64,000 nucleotides of DNA from Chamaesiphon sp. Its GTDB lineage: Bacteria; Cyanobacteriota; Cyanobacteriia; Cyanobacteriales; Chamaesiphonaceae. The stretch covers positions 96,001-160,000 of the forward strand of contig CBDFFH010000012.1 of the NCBI GenBank assembly GCA_965246715.1, written 5' to 3'. The stretch's first letter is position 1, and every line of letters starts with the position of its first letter. Below, piece by piece: positions 40,775 to 51,240 of this stretch. The notes beneath the pieces were generated by a model, which ran no database searches, was not told the origin of the DNA, and was given only the letters and a program-made list of their open reading frames with translations. The translations under genes were made by a program, and so were the position numbers.

Positions 40775-42430
40775 TTAGGCGATGTCACCAGATTTACCTG
40801 CTTGATTGAGCGCGCGCCCCAGCCGGATTAAGCCTTGGGAACAGTCAAAGCGATCGAGATGAATTTCAATTAAGGAAACAGATTCAATATTTGCTTTCGC
40901 TTTAACTAAAGCTACTTCTAATTCACCTTCGGTTCGTACTTCGCAACTCCAACTTTTGCCGAATACTTGCGGTAATTGATGATATTTCCACGGTTGAATA
41001 TCATTATAGGTATTGTCCTGAATCACTCGTTCGATTGTGTAGCCGTCATTATTAATTAAGAAGATAATTGGATTGAGATTGTGGCGGATAATCGTCGATA
41101 ATTCCTGTGCGGTCATTTGAAAAGCCCCATCGCCAACAAAGACGATCGGGCGACGATGCGGCTCTGCCATCATTGCGCCCAAACAAGCTGGAATCGAATA
41201 ACCGATCGATAGATAGAAAGCCTGTCCGATAAAATGTGCCCGCTCGCGCATCAATAAATCCATCGTCGCCACGATCGCATCCCCAGTATCGGCAATCACG
41301 ATCGAATCATCTTCGAGAAAATGATTGACGCGTTCGTAAAAGCGAATATTTGTTAGTTTTGTATCTAGTTGCGGAACGAATGGACGATCGAGTGAGTAGG
41401 AACTAGGTTTGATATCTAAGGTTGCAGCTTCTTTATACTCAAGCTTATTAATCAATCCCTCAATAAAATCACCTAAATAAATTGGCTGATAGAAATGATG
41501 TTTGATTTTGACTTTTTCAGAGTTAGCATTGATTAACTTCAGATCGTCTAATTTAGCGGTATTTCCGCCCAAGTTCATGTCTGACATAATCGCGCCGAGA
41601 CACAAAACACAGTCGGCATCTTCGATCCGATCGCGGATATATTCGCGACTCAAACCGCCCATATAATTACCGATAAATTGCGGGTGCATCTCAGAGATAC
41701 AGGATTTACCCAGCATCGTTGTCGCGATCGGATAGCCGCTAATTTCTAATAGTTTGAGCAACTTATCTTCGAGATCGAACCGATGAAATTCTACGCCTGC
41801 TAGAATTACTGGATTTGTGGCTTGATTGAGTAAATCAGCTGCTTCAGCTACAGCTTCTTGTAATGCTGCTGAGTTAGTGAGTTTGGCGGCTACTGCTGGA
41901 TAAGTCGTTGGTACGATACAGGGTTGATTGACGACATCAACGGGAATTTCGATATATACTGGGCGCTTGTGATGGAGACAGGCTGCTAAAGCTCGATCGA
42001 TTCGATCGGCTGCTTGACTCGCATCGTCGAGAATTACCGCTGCTACCGTCGCTTTTTCCATAATTGCAAACTGGAGATTATAATCTCCCGTCGTGTGGTG
42101 CAGTAGCAAGTTACTGTGTCTCAAGGCATTATTTGGCGCGCCGCTAATGACGACAAGCGGTACCCGCTCGGCATAGGCACCTACGACTGCATTTACCAGA
42201 CTAAATCCGCCGACACCATAGGTAACGCATACCGCACCCATTCCCCGCAGTCGTGCGTAAGCATCCGCCGCATAGCCAGCATTGAGTTCGTTACAGTTAC
42301 AGATTAACTCGATCGGGGATTCGGTGATGACATCCATCAAGTCGAGTACGTAGTCGCCTGGTACGCCAAAAATTCGATCGATACCCATGTCTTCTAACCG
42401 CTGCAACAGATATTCACTAACTGTAATCAT
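40775..42430 (-). CDS. TPP-dependent alpha-keto acid decarboxylase (pyruvate/indolepyruvate decarboxylase family)
   Basis: FGVPGDY, NELNAGYAADAYAR, LHHT, GDGAFQMTAQE...NNDGYTIER. Confidence 0.92.
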   Translation of the reverse strand: MITVSEYLLQRLEDMGIDRIFGVPGDYVLDLMDVITESPIELICNCNELNAGYAADAYARLRGMGAVCVTYGVGGFSLVNAVVGAYAERVPLVVISGAPNNALRHSNLLLHHTTGDYNLQFAIMEKATVAAVILDDASQAADRIDRALAACLHHKRPVYIEIPVDVVNQPCIVPTTYPAVAAKLTNSAALQEAVAEAADLLNQATNPVILAGVEFHRFDLEDKLLKLLEISGYPIATTMLGKSCISEMHPQFIGNYMGGLSREYIRDRIEDADCVLCLGAIMSDMNLGGNTAKLDDLKLINANSEKVKIKHHFYQPIYLGDFIEGLINKLEYKEAATLDIKPSSYSLDRPFVPQLDTKLTNIRFYERVNHFLEDDSIVIADTGDAIVATMDLLMRERAHFIGQAFYLSIGYSIPACLGAMMAEPHRRPIVFVGDGAFQMTAQELSTIIRHNLNPIIFLINNDGYTIERVIQDNTYNDIQPWKYHQLPQVFGKSWSCEVRTEGELEVALVKAKANIESVSLIEIHLDRFDCSQGLIRLGRALNQAGKSGDIA

Positions 42431-42727
42431 CAGATTTATCCTCAATGGCTTACAACAGTCGTGTAGCTAGCCAAGGCTACATCTCTATCGTAACCAATCA
42501 AAGATCTATACGGTTGTAACTGAACAAACAAATCCTGCGTTTAACAGCTCGCTCCTTCAACGGTAGAATTCCACGCACTCGGTATAGTCTCGAGACGATG
42601 CATTAATTTTCACTCTGATAAACAAACGGCATTTATTTTAACTAAGTTGGCTGTGGTTATTTAATCTATCTGAAAGCACTTATTATGTCGCTCATTAGTT
42701 AAACTCTATCTTTTCAATATATGCGCA

Positions 42728-43780
42728 TTAGGATTTGATAACTTCTACCATCTGCAAGTTTTGCCCTGCAAAGTACTCAATCAGTGCAGTTGTGTAATGT
42801 ACTGAAGGCTCAACATCAATAATGCTCAGAAGTTCCATGCCAGAACATGAAAGCATAACACCTGACAATCTAAATTCTTGATTACTTGCTCGTCCGTTCA
42901 GTGGGTAAAGAACATATTGACGGTTTTGATGTAAAAATGAAAGTCCTGCCTGATTATTTTCGTTGACGATACACATTTGAAAATCGAAATATGAGTTATA
43001 ATCAGAAATTATTAATCCGTATTCTTGTAGAATATTAAGACTACTAAAATTAAGATTGTAGTTTTTAAGTGAATTTGATGCTGCATTGCCAGCAAGGGAA
43101 GGGACACGAGCATCAAAATACATATCACCAATTTTTATAGACACACATAGCGAACAAAGTTGACGAAATAGTATTGCCGCAGTGTTATCAAGTTCCGACA
43201 TTAGCTTGACAGTTTTGATGGAAAAGGAGGATGGTCTTTGAATCTCTCCAGCCAAAATCTTACCGAACAAGAATTGCATTTCTTCCGTACTTTTCTGGCT
43301 AGCCTCTTTTTCAAAATTATTTAGCCAGTCCTCGCTTATCGTAGGAACTTCAGTAGCTTCATTTGGCTTTGATGCAGATTCAATGACATCTTGATGAATC
43401 TGTTGCGCTGCGATCTCAGAAATTTTATCAAGATTGACCTGCTCACGAATGATTTTTTGACTATGCTTTTTTACCGCAGCATCGGCGAATTTAGGATCGA
43501 CGTTCATCTGACTAGCAATTTGCTCGCCAGTTGTAACAATGAGTTTGACACGTGCTTGCGTTTCTGCACGTTTTTCTGCAGCAATCCCTTCCAGATGAGC
43601 AACTGGGATATCAATAGCTGCTGAACAAAGTTGATTAAAAGCCTTGAATACATTTTTTCTAATTGGGGCAGGAATTGATGAGCTAGTAACTAAATCAGTT
43701 ATGAAATCACCAGTACTTGCCAAAATACCTCCGCCCATATCATCTGATTCTGTACTCGTGTCATTGTTTCGATCGCTCAT
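42728..43780 (-). CDS. DUF2806 family protein
   Basis: IIREQVNLDKI, ISEDWLNNF, MQFLFGKILAGEIQRPSSFSIKT. Confidence 0.7.
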   Translation of the reverse strand: MSDRNNDTSTESDDMGGGILASTGDFITDLVTSSSIPAPIRKNVFKAFNQLCSAAIDIPVAHLEGIAAEKRAETQARVKLIVTTGEQIASQMNVDPKFADAAVKKHSQKIIREQVNLDKISEIAAQQIHQDVIESASKPNEATEVPTISEDWLNNFEKEASQKSTEEMQFLFGKILAGEIQRPSSFSIKTVKLMSELDNTAAILFRQLCSLCVSIKIGDMYFDARVPSLAGNAASNSLKNYNLNFSSLNILQEYGLIISDYNSYFDFQMCIVNENNQAGLSFLHQNRQYVLYPLNGRASNQEFRLSGVMLSCSGMELLSIIDVEPSVHYTTALIEYFAGQNLQMVEVIKS

Positions 43781-43926
43781 TTCGTAATTCCCCTACCTTA
43801 AAAAGTCCAATAATTTGGTAATACAATTATTTATTATACAGACATCTAAAGTACATGTGTATTGTTTGGTATAATTTGGGTGGTATAATCGAATCTTTTA
43901 AGATTATCTCAGTTGTCTCGATTTTC

Positions 43927-43947
43927 GTTCCGAAAGGCTACGCCAAC
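43927..43947 (+). repeat. 21-nt small dispersed repeat (identical at 47710-47730, degenerate at 61547-61567)
   Basis: GTTCCGAAAGGCTACGCCAAC. Confidence 0.75.
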
Positions 43948-43990
43948 GAGAATGTTTCGATTTGTTGGCTTAGCGTCAGCTTTGCGGCAG

Positions 43991-44413
43991 CTATCTCGAC
44001 CAATCTTCTATTCTCAATTCTAAAATTTGCCCAAAATCAGATTTATTCCGAGTTAGTAAGAGCGCATTGTTTGTCAGTGAAATTGCCGCAATTTTCAGAT
44101 CCATATTTCCTAATCGAGGATAAGCTTTTCGTAAGCGCTGATGCTCCAAAGCTGCGGCATAGCTAAAGGGAAGAATCGCAATCTTGAGATAATCGATCGC
44201 TACTTGTTGCAGCCCTTGATAAGCAAAAACTTGCTCATCTAGTGTTTTTGCTTTAGCCAGAACACTCAATCTACCTTTGACTTGTTCTTCGTAAGTAATC
44301 ACAGTTACGGCAACTTCAGGATCGACAATAGTAGCCAGTCTTGATAGAACTCGTTTTCCGTCTGCGCCATTGCGCTGAATGAGGCTGAGATGGTCGGTGT
44401 CAAAAATGTACAT
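43991..44413 (-). CDS. PIN-domain (VapC-type) toxin
   Basis: MYIFDTDHLS, ITYEEQ, NMDLKIAAI, TRNKSDF. Confidence 0.85.
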   Translation of the reverse strand: MYIFDTDHLSLIQRNGADGKRVLSRLATIVDPEVAVTVITYEEQVKGRLSVLAKAKTLDEQVFAYQGLQQVAIDYLKIAILPFSYAAALEHQRLRKAYPRLGNMDLKIAAISLTNNALLLTRNKSDFGQILELRIEDWSR

Positions 44414-44420
44414 TAGAGAC

Positions 44421-44633
44421 TTACTCAGCAGATTTGCGCCACTCTTGTCCGAGCCGAACAGCTTCATCAAAGGTAGGATCGTTTTCACAGCTACCTGCAA
44501 TTTCTAGCCACCAAGAATTTTTTCTTGGCGAAGGATCGACTAACATCTGTTTCATTTGAGCCAGTTCTGTTTCCAACGTTGCAACTCGCATTTCAAGTTG
44601 TTCTGAGCGTTCTTCAAGTTGTTGAGAAGTCAT
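44421..44633 (-). CDS. Putative antitoxin of the PIN toxin
   Basis: 70 aa, WWLEIAGSCENDPTFDEAVRLGQEWR; ends 7 bp upstream of the toxin ATG. Confidence 0.75.
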   Translation of the reverse strand: MTSQQLEERSEQLEMRVATLETELAQMKQMLVDPSPRKNSWWLEIAGSCENDPTFDEAVRLGQEWRKSAE

Positions 44634-44746
44634 AGGAATCGATCGATTGAATACCTAAAAGCATTATAACTCGATTGTTTTACTCATTGGCGTAGCTACA
44701 ATTTTCAAGATGTAGATGTGCGGTGCGGAAATATACAAGCGCTAGA

Positions 44747-45313
44747 TTATTCTCGATCGTAATTTTTCTTACCAGCTCGGTACCACTGATACCAACTCTG
44801 CGAACTACGAATAGCCAGCCATAAAAGTAATAGTGCGATCAGACCACCAGAATTAGGTGCTTTGAAGGCAAATAAGACTAACAACACGCACAACACATCT
44901 TCGAGCAACACCGCCCAAATCGGCAACCCTTTGAGCCGATAAAACCAGCCGACTTGCACCAGTTGCAATACCAGGGCGATTAAACCGCCGACAGCGCCTA
45001 AAATCCACACTAATTGAGGTGGTTGCAGGTGGAGAATTCCAGCTACCGCCATCGCCATGATAGCGCCTACCAGCGGGCTAAATATCAGCTCGACCACCTG
45101 TAACAATCGCTGTCCCCAGAGTAACTTGGAAACGAATAGTTCGAGAAACGTCCAAGCTGTCAGGACAGCAATGACAATTTGCGGTTGAATGGTATTAAGC
45201 AGCGGTACCTGTGCCCACAAGTTGCCTTGTGTCAGCCCGATTACCAACAGTGGGAGCGCGATTCGCATTCCCGCTGCGGCGGATACCGATAGCACGGCGA
45301 GAATTCCAATCAT
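44747..45313 (-). CDS. DUF4126 membrane protein
   Basis: SAAAGMRIALPLL, hydrophobic segments, LLEDVL. Confidence 0.75.
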   Translation of the reverse strand: MIGILAVLSVSAAAGMRIALPLLVIGLTQGNLWAQVPLLNTIQPQIVIAVLTAWTFLELFVSKLLWGQRLLQVVELIFSPLVGAIMAMAVAGILHLQPPQLVWILGAVGGLIALVLQLVQVGWFYRLKGLPIWAVLLEDVLCVLLVLFAFKAPNSGGLIALLLLWLAIRSSQSWYQWYRAGKKNYDRE

Positions 45314-45566
45314 GAACTTTTTAGGTATTGGGAATTTATCACTCAGTTATCGATGACTGGTTTAGGGGTACTAATGTGCCATCAGCGAGGTCTAGCAAAT
45401 GCTAAACTTAACATCAATCCGAACTATTTAGGTTTCTATTTTGGCCTAACCTGAATAATCTGCGCTAGATTATATCGTTCGAGCAACTTGTTCGTCGTCT
45501 AACTAAGATCGAAATTGTCAGCTTGGCGCACTTTCCGTTCAACCCGCACTCAACCACACTTTACCT

Positions 45567-47552
45567 ATGAGCGATAGCTACGCTGTCATACCAGAGCGCA
45601 ATCCTGTCCTTGCCGTTCGGCATTTACGGGTAGAATTTCCTGGTGTCAAGCAACCAGTCGTTGATGACTTGTCATTTACACTGCTACGTGGAGAGACTTT
45701 AGGCATCGTCGGTGAATCGGGTTCGGGTAAATCGATTACTTCGCTTGCCATTATGGGGTTACTTCCCAATCCTGGTCGCGTTACTCAAGGTGAAATCTGG
45801 TTTCAGAAAGCTGCCGATTCAAATAATAGCAGCGATCGCGAGTCTCAGCCAGCCCAAGATCGAGCGGTAGATTTACTCACATTATCACCAGCCCAACTTT
45901 CGAGTTATCGTGGCGAACAAATAGCGATAATTTTTCAGGAGCCGATGAGTTCGCTCAATCCGGTATTTACGATCGGTTATCAACTGATCGAAGCAATTTT
46001 ACAATATCAAACAATCTCTCCCGCTGAGGCCAGACGTAGAGCGATTCATCTGTTACAAGAAGTCAAATTAATTCCTAGTGATGCTCGACTTAAAGAGCAG
46101 TATTTGAGCGGACTCAATCCGACAGCAAGCGAACCAGCAGATCGAGTCAACAATGATTTCGAGCCTTTAAGCGAGCGCGAACTCAATAATACGATCGCGC
46201 AGAAGAAATTAGATTGGCTAGAACGCTATCCTCACGAACTTTCGGGCGGACAATTGCAACGGGTGACGATTGCCATGGCAATTTCTTGTAATCCAGTATT
46301 ATTGATTGCCGACGAGCCGACAACTGCGCTAGATGTTACCGTCCAAGCGACGATCTTAGAACTCCTCCAAGAGTTACGTGACAAGCGCGATATGGCGATG
46401 ATTTTTATTACCCACGACTTGGGTATTATTGCCGAGATTGCTGACGAAGTTGCAGTCATGTACAAAGGTAAAATTGTCGAATGCAAGCCGATTTTAGAAT
46501 TATTTCAGCAACCGCAACATCCCTATACTAAAAGTTTATTAGCTTGCCGTCCCAGACTCGATCGCAATTCAAAAATACTCCCGACAATTAAAGACTTCAT
46601 GGAGGAGCGAGAGTTACCTGATGGTCGGATCGAAATTATTGAAAAACCTCAATCCGAATCGTTACTCGCCCAACAGCTATATTCAGATAATGGTCAAACT
46701 CAATTACCCGAAACCGTACTACCTCCCCAATCGATCTTAGCTGTTCGTAACTTAAAGGTTGGCTTTCCCGTTCGAGGGATATTTGGTAAAAATCAGCAAC
46801 AATATAACTGGGCGGTCGATGATATTTCTTTTAATGTATTTCCCGGCGAAACTCTCGGTTTGGTTGGCGAATCTGGTTGTGGTAAAAGTACCTTGGCGCG
46901 AACGATTCTCAGACTGATCGAACCGCAACAAGGATCGATCGAGTTTAGAGGACAAGACATAACTAAACTACGGGGAGAAGCCATGCAAATCCTCCGCCGA
47001 GATTTGCAAATCGTGTTCCAAAATCCGTTTAGCGCACTCAATCCGCGCATGAATATCTGCGATCTGGTTGTCGAGCCGTTATTAATTCATCGCACGGTAA
47101 AAAGTAAAGCTCAGCGTCAAGAACGCGCTGAATATTTATTAGGACGCGTTGGACTAGATCTCCAATATCTCAAATCGTATCCGCACCAACTCTCCGGCGG
47201 TCAACGCCAACGCGTCTGTATCGCCCGCGCGCTGGCACTCAATCCTAAGTTTATCATTTGTGATGAATCCGTATCTGCTCTAGATGTATCGGTTCAGGCA
47301 CAGGTCTTAAATCTACTCAAAGAGTTACAGAGTGAATTCGATCTTACCTATATTTTCATCTCGCATGACTTGAGCGTTGTCAAGTTTATGAGCGATCGGA
47401 TTATGGTCATGAATCAAGGTAAGATCGAAGAAATAGATTCCGCACACACGATCTATCAAGCCCCCCAGACCGATTATACCCGCAAGTTAATTGCTTCAAT
47501 TCCACTCGGGACGATCGATCGCATTCAACAACAACAAGCTAGGAAATTATAA
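45567..47552 (+). CDS. Peptide/nickel ABC transporter ATP-binding protein (two fused ATPase domains)
   Basis: GESGSGKS and GESGCGKST, YPHELSGGQ and YPHQLSGGQ, DEPTTALD and DESVSALD. Confidence 0.92.
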   Translation: MSDSYAVIPERNPVLAVRHLRVEFPGVKQPVVDDLSFTLLRGETLGIVGESGSGKSITSLAIMGLLPNPGRVTQGEIWFQKAADSNNSSDRESQPAQDRAVDLLTLSPAQLSSYRGEQIAIIFQEPMSSLNPVFTIGYQLIEAILQYQTISPAEARRRAIHLLQEVKLIPSDARLKEQYLSGLNPTASEPADRVNNDFEPLSERELNNTIAQKKLDWLERYPHELSGGQLQRVTIAMAISCNPVLLIADEPTTALDVTVQATILELLQELRDKRDMAMIFITHDLGIIAEIADEVAVMYKGKIVECKPILELFQQPQHPYTKSLLACRPRLDRNSKILPTIKDFMEERELPDGRIEIIEKPQSESLLAQQLYSDNGQTQLPETVLPPQSILAVRNLKVGFPVRGIFGKNQQQYNWAVDDISFNVFPGETLGLVGESGCGKSTLARTILRLIEPQQGSIEFRGQDITKLRGEAMQILRRDLQIVFQNPFSALNPRMNICDLVVEPLLIHRTVKSKAQRQERAEYLLGRVGLDLQYLKSYPHQLSGGQRQRVCIARALALNPKFIICDESVSALDVSVQAQVLNLLKELQSEFDLTYIFISHDLSVVKFMSDRIMVMNQGKIEEIDSAHTIYQAPQTDYTRKLIASIPLGTIDRIQQQQARKL

Positions 47553-47642
47553 ATAATTAATCTACCGATCTTATTACACTGAAGACTCACTAACCTATTT
47601 TCAAGAATTTTTAAGGAGCTGAGATCGAGTGCCATTTAACTA

Positions 47643-47879
47643 ACGTGAGTTCGGGATAAGGAAAATCGATCTGCTCCGTTCAAGCACCGCCCTGAACTAT
47701 AAGTGTTTCGTTCCGAAAGGCTACGCCAACGGGCTAATAGCAAAAGTTCGTTGAAACGAACTAATCAATTGGGCAGTTCTCTGAAGAGAACTTTTGCTAT
47801 GAGCAACTAATTCATTTGAGGGCGGTTCAGAAACGAAGCTAGGAGTCATTAAGTGGACATCTTTAACCCGAACTCACGT
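47643..47879. mobile_element. MITE with 13-bp TIRs and 6-bp target duplication TAACTA, carrying a REP module that itself contains a 21-nt insertion
   Basis: TAACTA|ACGTGAGTTCGGG...CCCGAACTCACGT|TAACTA. Confidence 0.8.
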
Positions 47880-47967
47880 TAACTAGGGAGATCTCGATCG
47901 AAAACCTTTAAAAAATCATTCAAATCACTGGTTATAAAATCCATAACTTTCACACTTCATAATTTAG

Positions 47968-48642
47968 ATGATAACTGTAGCCTTACCGAAAGGTGCTTTA
48001 CTCAAAGATTGTATCAGCCTATTTCAGTCTGTTGGTTTAGACTTTAGTGCATTTTTAGATAAAAATAATCGTCAACTGCAAATAACCGATCCGACAAATC
48101 GCGCCAGAGCTTTGCTCGTGCGCACGCATGATGTGCCTGTGTATGTAGAATACGGCCAAGCACAACTCGGGATTGCTGGTTATGATGTAATTCGGGAAAA
48201 AACTCCCAAAGTCGCTCAATTAGTCGATCTAAAATTTGGCACCTGTCGGCTGTCGGTAGCAGTCAAAGCCGATAGCCCTTATCAAACTACGTTAGATTTG
48301 CCCACACATGGCAGAGTTGCTTCCAAATTCGTCCATTGTGCGCGAGCGTACTTCGATAGTATCGATCTACCTGTTGAAATCGTTCCACTATATGGCTCGG
48401 TCGAATTAGGCCCAATTACGGGCATGTCAGAAGCGATTGTCGACTTAGTTTCTACAGGGACGACACTTCGAGAAAATGGTTTGATCGAAATCGAGACTCT
48501 ATTTTATAGTAGCGCTCGATTGATCGCACATCCACTCAGTTATCGGATCGATCGAGACTCACTTGGCGATCTAGTCGAGCAAATTAGAACGAATTGTTTA
48601 ACTACCCCCAGTTCTGCGGAAACAGTAACTAGTGGATCCTAA
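47968..48642 (+). CDS. hisG: ATP phosphoribosyltransferase, short form
   Basis: [45 protein letters not shown]. Confidence 0.95.
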   Translation: MITVALPKGALLKDCISLFQSVGLDFSAFLDKNNRQLQITDPTNRARALLVRTHDVPVYVEYGQAQLGIAGYDVIREKTPKVAQLVDLKFGTCRLSVAVKADSPYQTTLDLPTHGRVASKFVHCARAYFDSIDLPVEIVPLYGSVELGPITGMSEAIVDLVSTGTTLRENGLIEIETLFYSSARLIAHPLSYRIDRDSLGDLVEQIRTNCLTTPSSAETVTSGS

Positions 48643-48652
48643 AATATAGTAA

Positions 48653-49297
48653 ATGAAGTCTAAAGCTACGATTATTGCGATCGCCTTATTCTGTATTATT
48701 GCCACTGTTGTTGGAATCTACTTACTTGGTGGCATAAATCAAAAAGATTTGCAATTATGGTTGCAAAAGATGGGAATGTGGGCACCAATTATCTACATCT
48801 TAATCTACTCGATCGCGACTATCTGCATTCTCCCTTCTACACCCCTCAATCTCACGGGAGGCGCGATCTTTGGCTCTGTCTGGGGTACCGTTTGGACGAG
48901 TATTGCTGCTATTTTAGCAGCGATGTTATCCTTTGGATTCAGTCGGACGATCGGGCGTAATTTAGTCGAGAAAAGACTAGCTGGTAAATGGCAATCGATC
49001 GATCGCGAAATGCACCAAGGTGGTTTCTTTTACATGTTTGCGATTCGGTTATTACCCCTGATTCCGTATGGACTGGTTAATTTTGCAGCAGGGTTGACTT
49101 CGATTAAATTTCGCGACTATTTCTTTGGGACGTTGCTCGGGACAGTCCCTGGAATTTTGCCCTTTGTGATGATGGGCGCGGGTTTAACTGCACTCAAACA
49201 AGGTGATGTGTTCCCCATGCTGATCGCACTAGCTTTAACCGGAATCTTGGTGGGTACGGCGACATGGTATCGGCGACACAATCGTCCGCCTGTCTGA
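48653..49297 (+). CDS. TVP38/TMEM64 (DedA superfamily) membrane protein
   Basis: LPSTPLNLTGGAIFG, RLLPLIPYGLVNFAAG, GTLLGTVPG. Confidence 0.85.
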   Translation: MKSKATIIAIALFCIIATVVGIYLLGGINQKDLQLWLQKMGMWAPIIYILIYSIATICILPSTPLNLTGGAIFGSVWGTVWTSIAAILAAMLSFGFSRTIGRNLVEKRLAGKWQSIDREMHQGGFFYMFAIRLLPLIPYGLVNFAAGLTSIKFRDYFFGTLLGTVPGILPFVMMGAGLTALKQGDVFPMLIALALTGILVGTATWYRRHNRPPV

Positions 49298-49345
49298 GGT
49301 GTAGACCTGATGTGTCCCTAAAAGTGGCACCACAACAAATTTAGA

Positions 49346-50185
49346 TTATTCAGCATCGACTTTTGAATTAATTGCTTCGCGAATGTCCGCAGGTACACTG
49401 GTAAAAAACTTGTACCCAGTTAACTGTTCTACTTCCTTAACTGAAACCCGATATTGTTGCCAGGGGTCGGATTTAATCCCTTGTTTATTCGGAATGATAA
49501 CGGCAATCGTGCGCGTATTGCGATCGACTCCAGCTACACCAGAATTGGGCTTGTCGCTAACTAAAATAACTTTCCACGTTACGGCTGGGATGACGACTTT
49601 TCCATGCCCTACAGTCGCTTTTAGCCCCTTTTCCCCAATCCCACCTTGTCCGTGTCCGCCGGAAACGATAAATAGTTCCTTTCCCGATTTGACTAACTTA
49701 CGAGAGTAGTTTTCTAGCTCCACCCAGACACCGCGATTATTATCGGGCGCTTGGGGGATGATATTCGTCATTAAAAAAGTGGGAATATTATCTTCAGCCG
49801 ATCGACTGCGATCTTCGGAATTTGCCATGTGACCGCGATCGAAACCGCTGCCCGTATAGTCTGCGGGTTTTATTCGCTCCCAGTCTGTGGGTAATTCTTC
49901 ATCAGGTGCGAATTTACCCACTCGATGAGCATCGCCCAGCCAAGACGCATTCAGTTCCCAGGATACCCAATTCGGAATCCCTTTATTTTTGGCATAAGAG
50001 AGTGCGTACTGAGGACGGGCAATCAGGTAGTTTTCAGAGTTGCTAGGGGAACTAGTCGCTTGCGACGGATTCCCCATCAGGAGGTTGATGTTGCCCTTGG
50101 TATCGCCAGGGTCGTTGGGATTGCGACATGCGCCTAAACTAATCCCGATCGTTAAAATCAGTATCCAAGCTATTTGTTTACGCAC
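49346..50185 (-). CDS. nucA: Sugar-non-specific DNA/RNA endonuclease (NucA-like), lipoprotein
   Basis: Lipobox LGAC, LLMGNPS, FDRGHM, FLMTNIIPQ, NNRGVW..LE. Confidence 0.85.
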   Translation of the reverse strand: MRKQIAWILILTIGISLGACRNPNDPGDTKGNINLLMGNPSQATSSPSNSENYLIARPQYALSYAKNKGIPNWVSWELNASWLGDAHRVGKFAPDEELPTDWERIKPADYTGSGFDRGHMANSEDRSRSAEDNIPTFLMTNIIPQAPDNNRGVWVELENYSRKLVKSGKELFIVSGGHGQGGIGEKGLKATVGHGKVVIPAVTWKVILVSDKPNSGVAGVDRNTRTIAVIIPNKQGIKSDPWQQYRVSVKEVEQLTGYKFFTSVPADIREAINSKVDAE

Positions 50186-50224
50186 ACTCTTTCAAAGTCT
50201 AAACTGCGTGCTAGCCAACGACGG

Positions 50225-50530
50225 TCATCCCTCACCTTCAGCAGCACTAGGAGCATCATTATGATACAGCGCATCCAATCTCGTGCGTGCATCCTCGACA
50301 CTAATCGACTTCATCACTAGTAGTGGCTCGTTGGTGATATTGCCCATATCGTCGAGTAATTCGGGATGAGGTACCGTGCCGTTGCGATAGCCATAATTTC
50401 GCAGATTGTTATTGGACATCGCTCTTGGCTGTGATGCGTCCATGCTAAATCCAATCAAACTGCGAATCAGATTACCGATCGCGAGAAATGCCAAAATAGT
50501 GAAAGCGATTAGATAGATTATTTGCAACAT
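50225..50530 (-). CDS. DUF2973 family protein
   Basis: MLQIIYLIAFTILAFLAIGNLIRSL...HPELLD..G....EPLLVM...DARTRLDALY. Confidence 0.75.
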   Translation of the reverse strand: MLQIIYLIAFTILAFLAIGNLIRSLIGFSMDASQPRAMSNNNLRNYGYRNGTVPHPELLDDMGNITNEPLLVMKSISVEDARTRLDALYHNDAPSAAEGEG

Positions 50531-50712
50531 GTCGATGTCCTCCACTACAAGCGAGGAATTAGAGATAGTAAGTGGGAAATCCGCAACATCTGGTCTCAGC
50601 AAATCGAGCTGCTGGCGATCGAGATCGATACAACTACCGTAGCTCGCCATGAGAGCGGATATCCTGAGACCGTCGATTTAGCTTTTATGAGAAATTCAGA
50701 CGAACGAGGCAG

Positions 50713-51042
50713 TTATTCTTCTATTCTAGACTGTTGCGACTGTCTTAACTGCATCGACACTTGCCAACATTCAGTGACGAGTTGATGCCATGCAATCATT
50801 TGGCTGGGTTCGATCCCCGCTTGTCCGTCTACCGCTTGGAACAGCATTTTGGCTACGCTGACCTCTTGTTGTGCGTGTTTGACCCGCGCCAACAAGCTTG
50901 CTTGGGCGCGGGGACTTAGAAAGGCAATTGGTTCGCGTTCTAATAATTCGATCGAACGACCAAACCAGTAGTCAAAGTCTACAAGTAAGGGCTGGAGAAT
51001 GTTTTGCAGCAGTTCGTGCTCGGAAGGGTGAGATTTAGACAT
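50713..51042 (-). CDS. DUF2605 family protein
   Basis: LQPLLVDFDYWFGRS...WHQLVTECWQV. Confidence 0.78.
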   Translation of the reverse strand: MSKSHPSEHELLQNILQPLLVDFDYWFGRSIELLEREPIAFLSPRAQASLLARVKHAQQEVSVAKMLFQAVDGQAGIEPSQMIAWHQLVTECWQVSMQLRQSQQSRIEE

Positions 51043-51240
51043 ACTTAGTAAATAGAAAATTGTTATATATTATTTATTTTAGTCGTTTTTTACAATTCTT
51101 AACGTAAAAATTTAGAATTATTTGGCGCGGGGATCGGGAAAAAGTTACTTTAGAACGCAAAAATCCAAGCAACTCTCGACCATGTGGATGTCAGCAACCG
51201 TGAGTTGGCGAGGTACCATAAGATGACCGCCTACCGAGCT

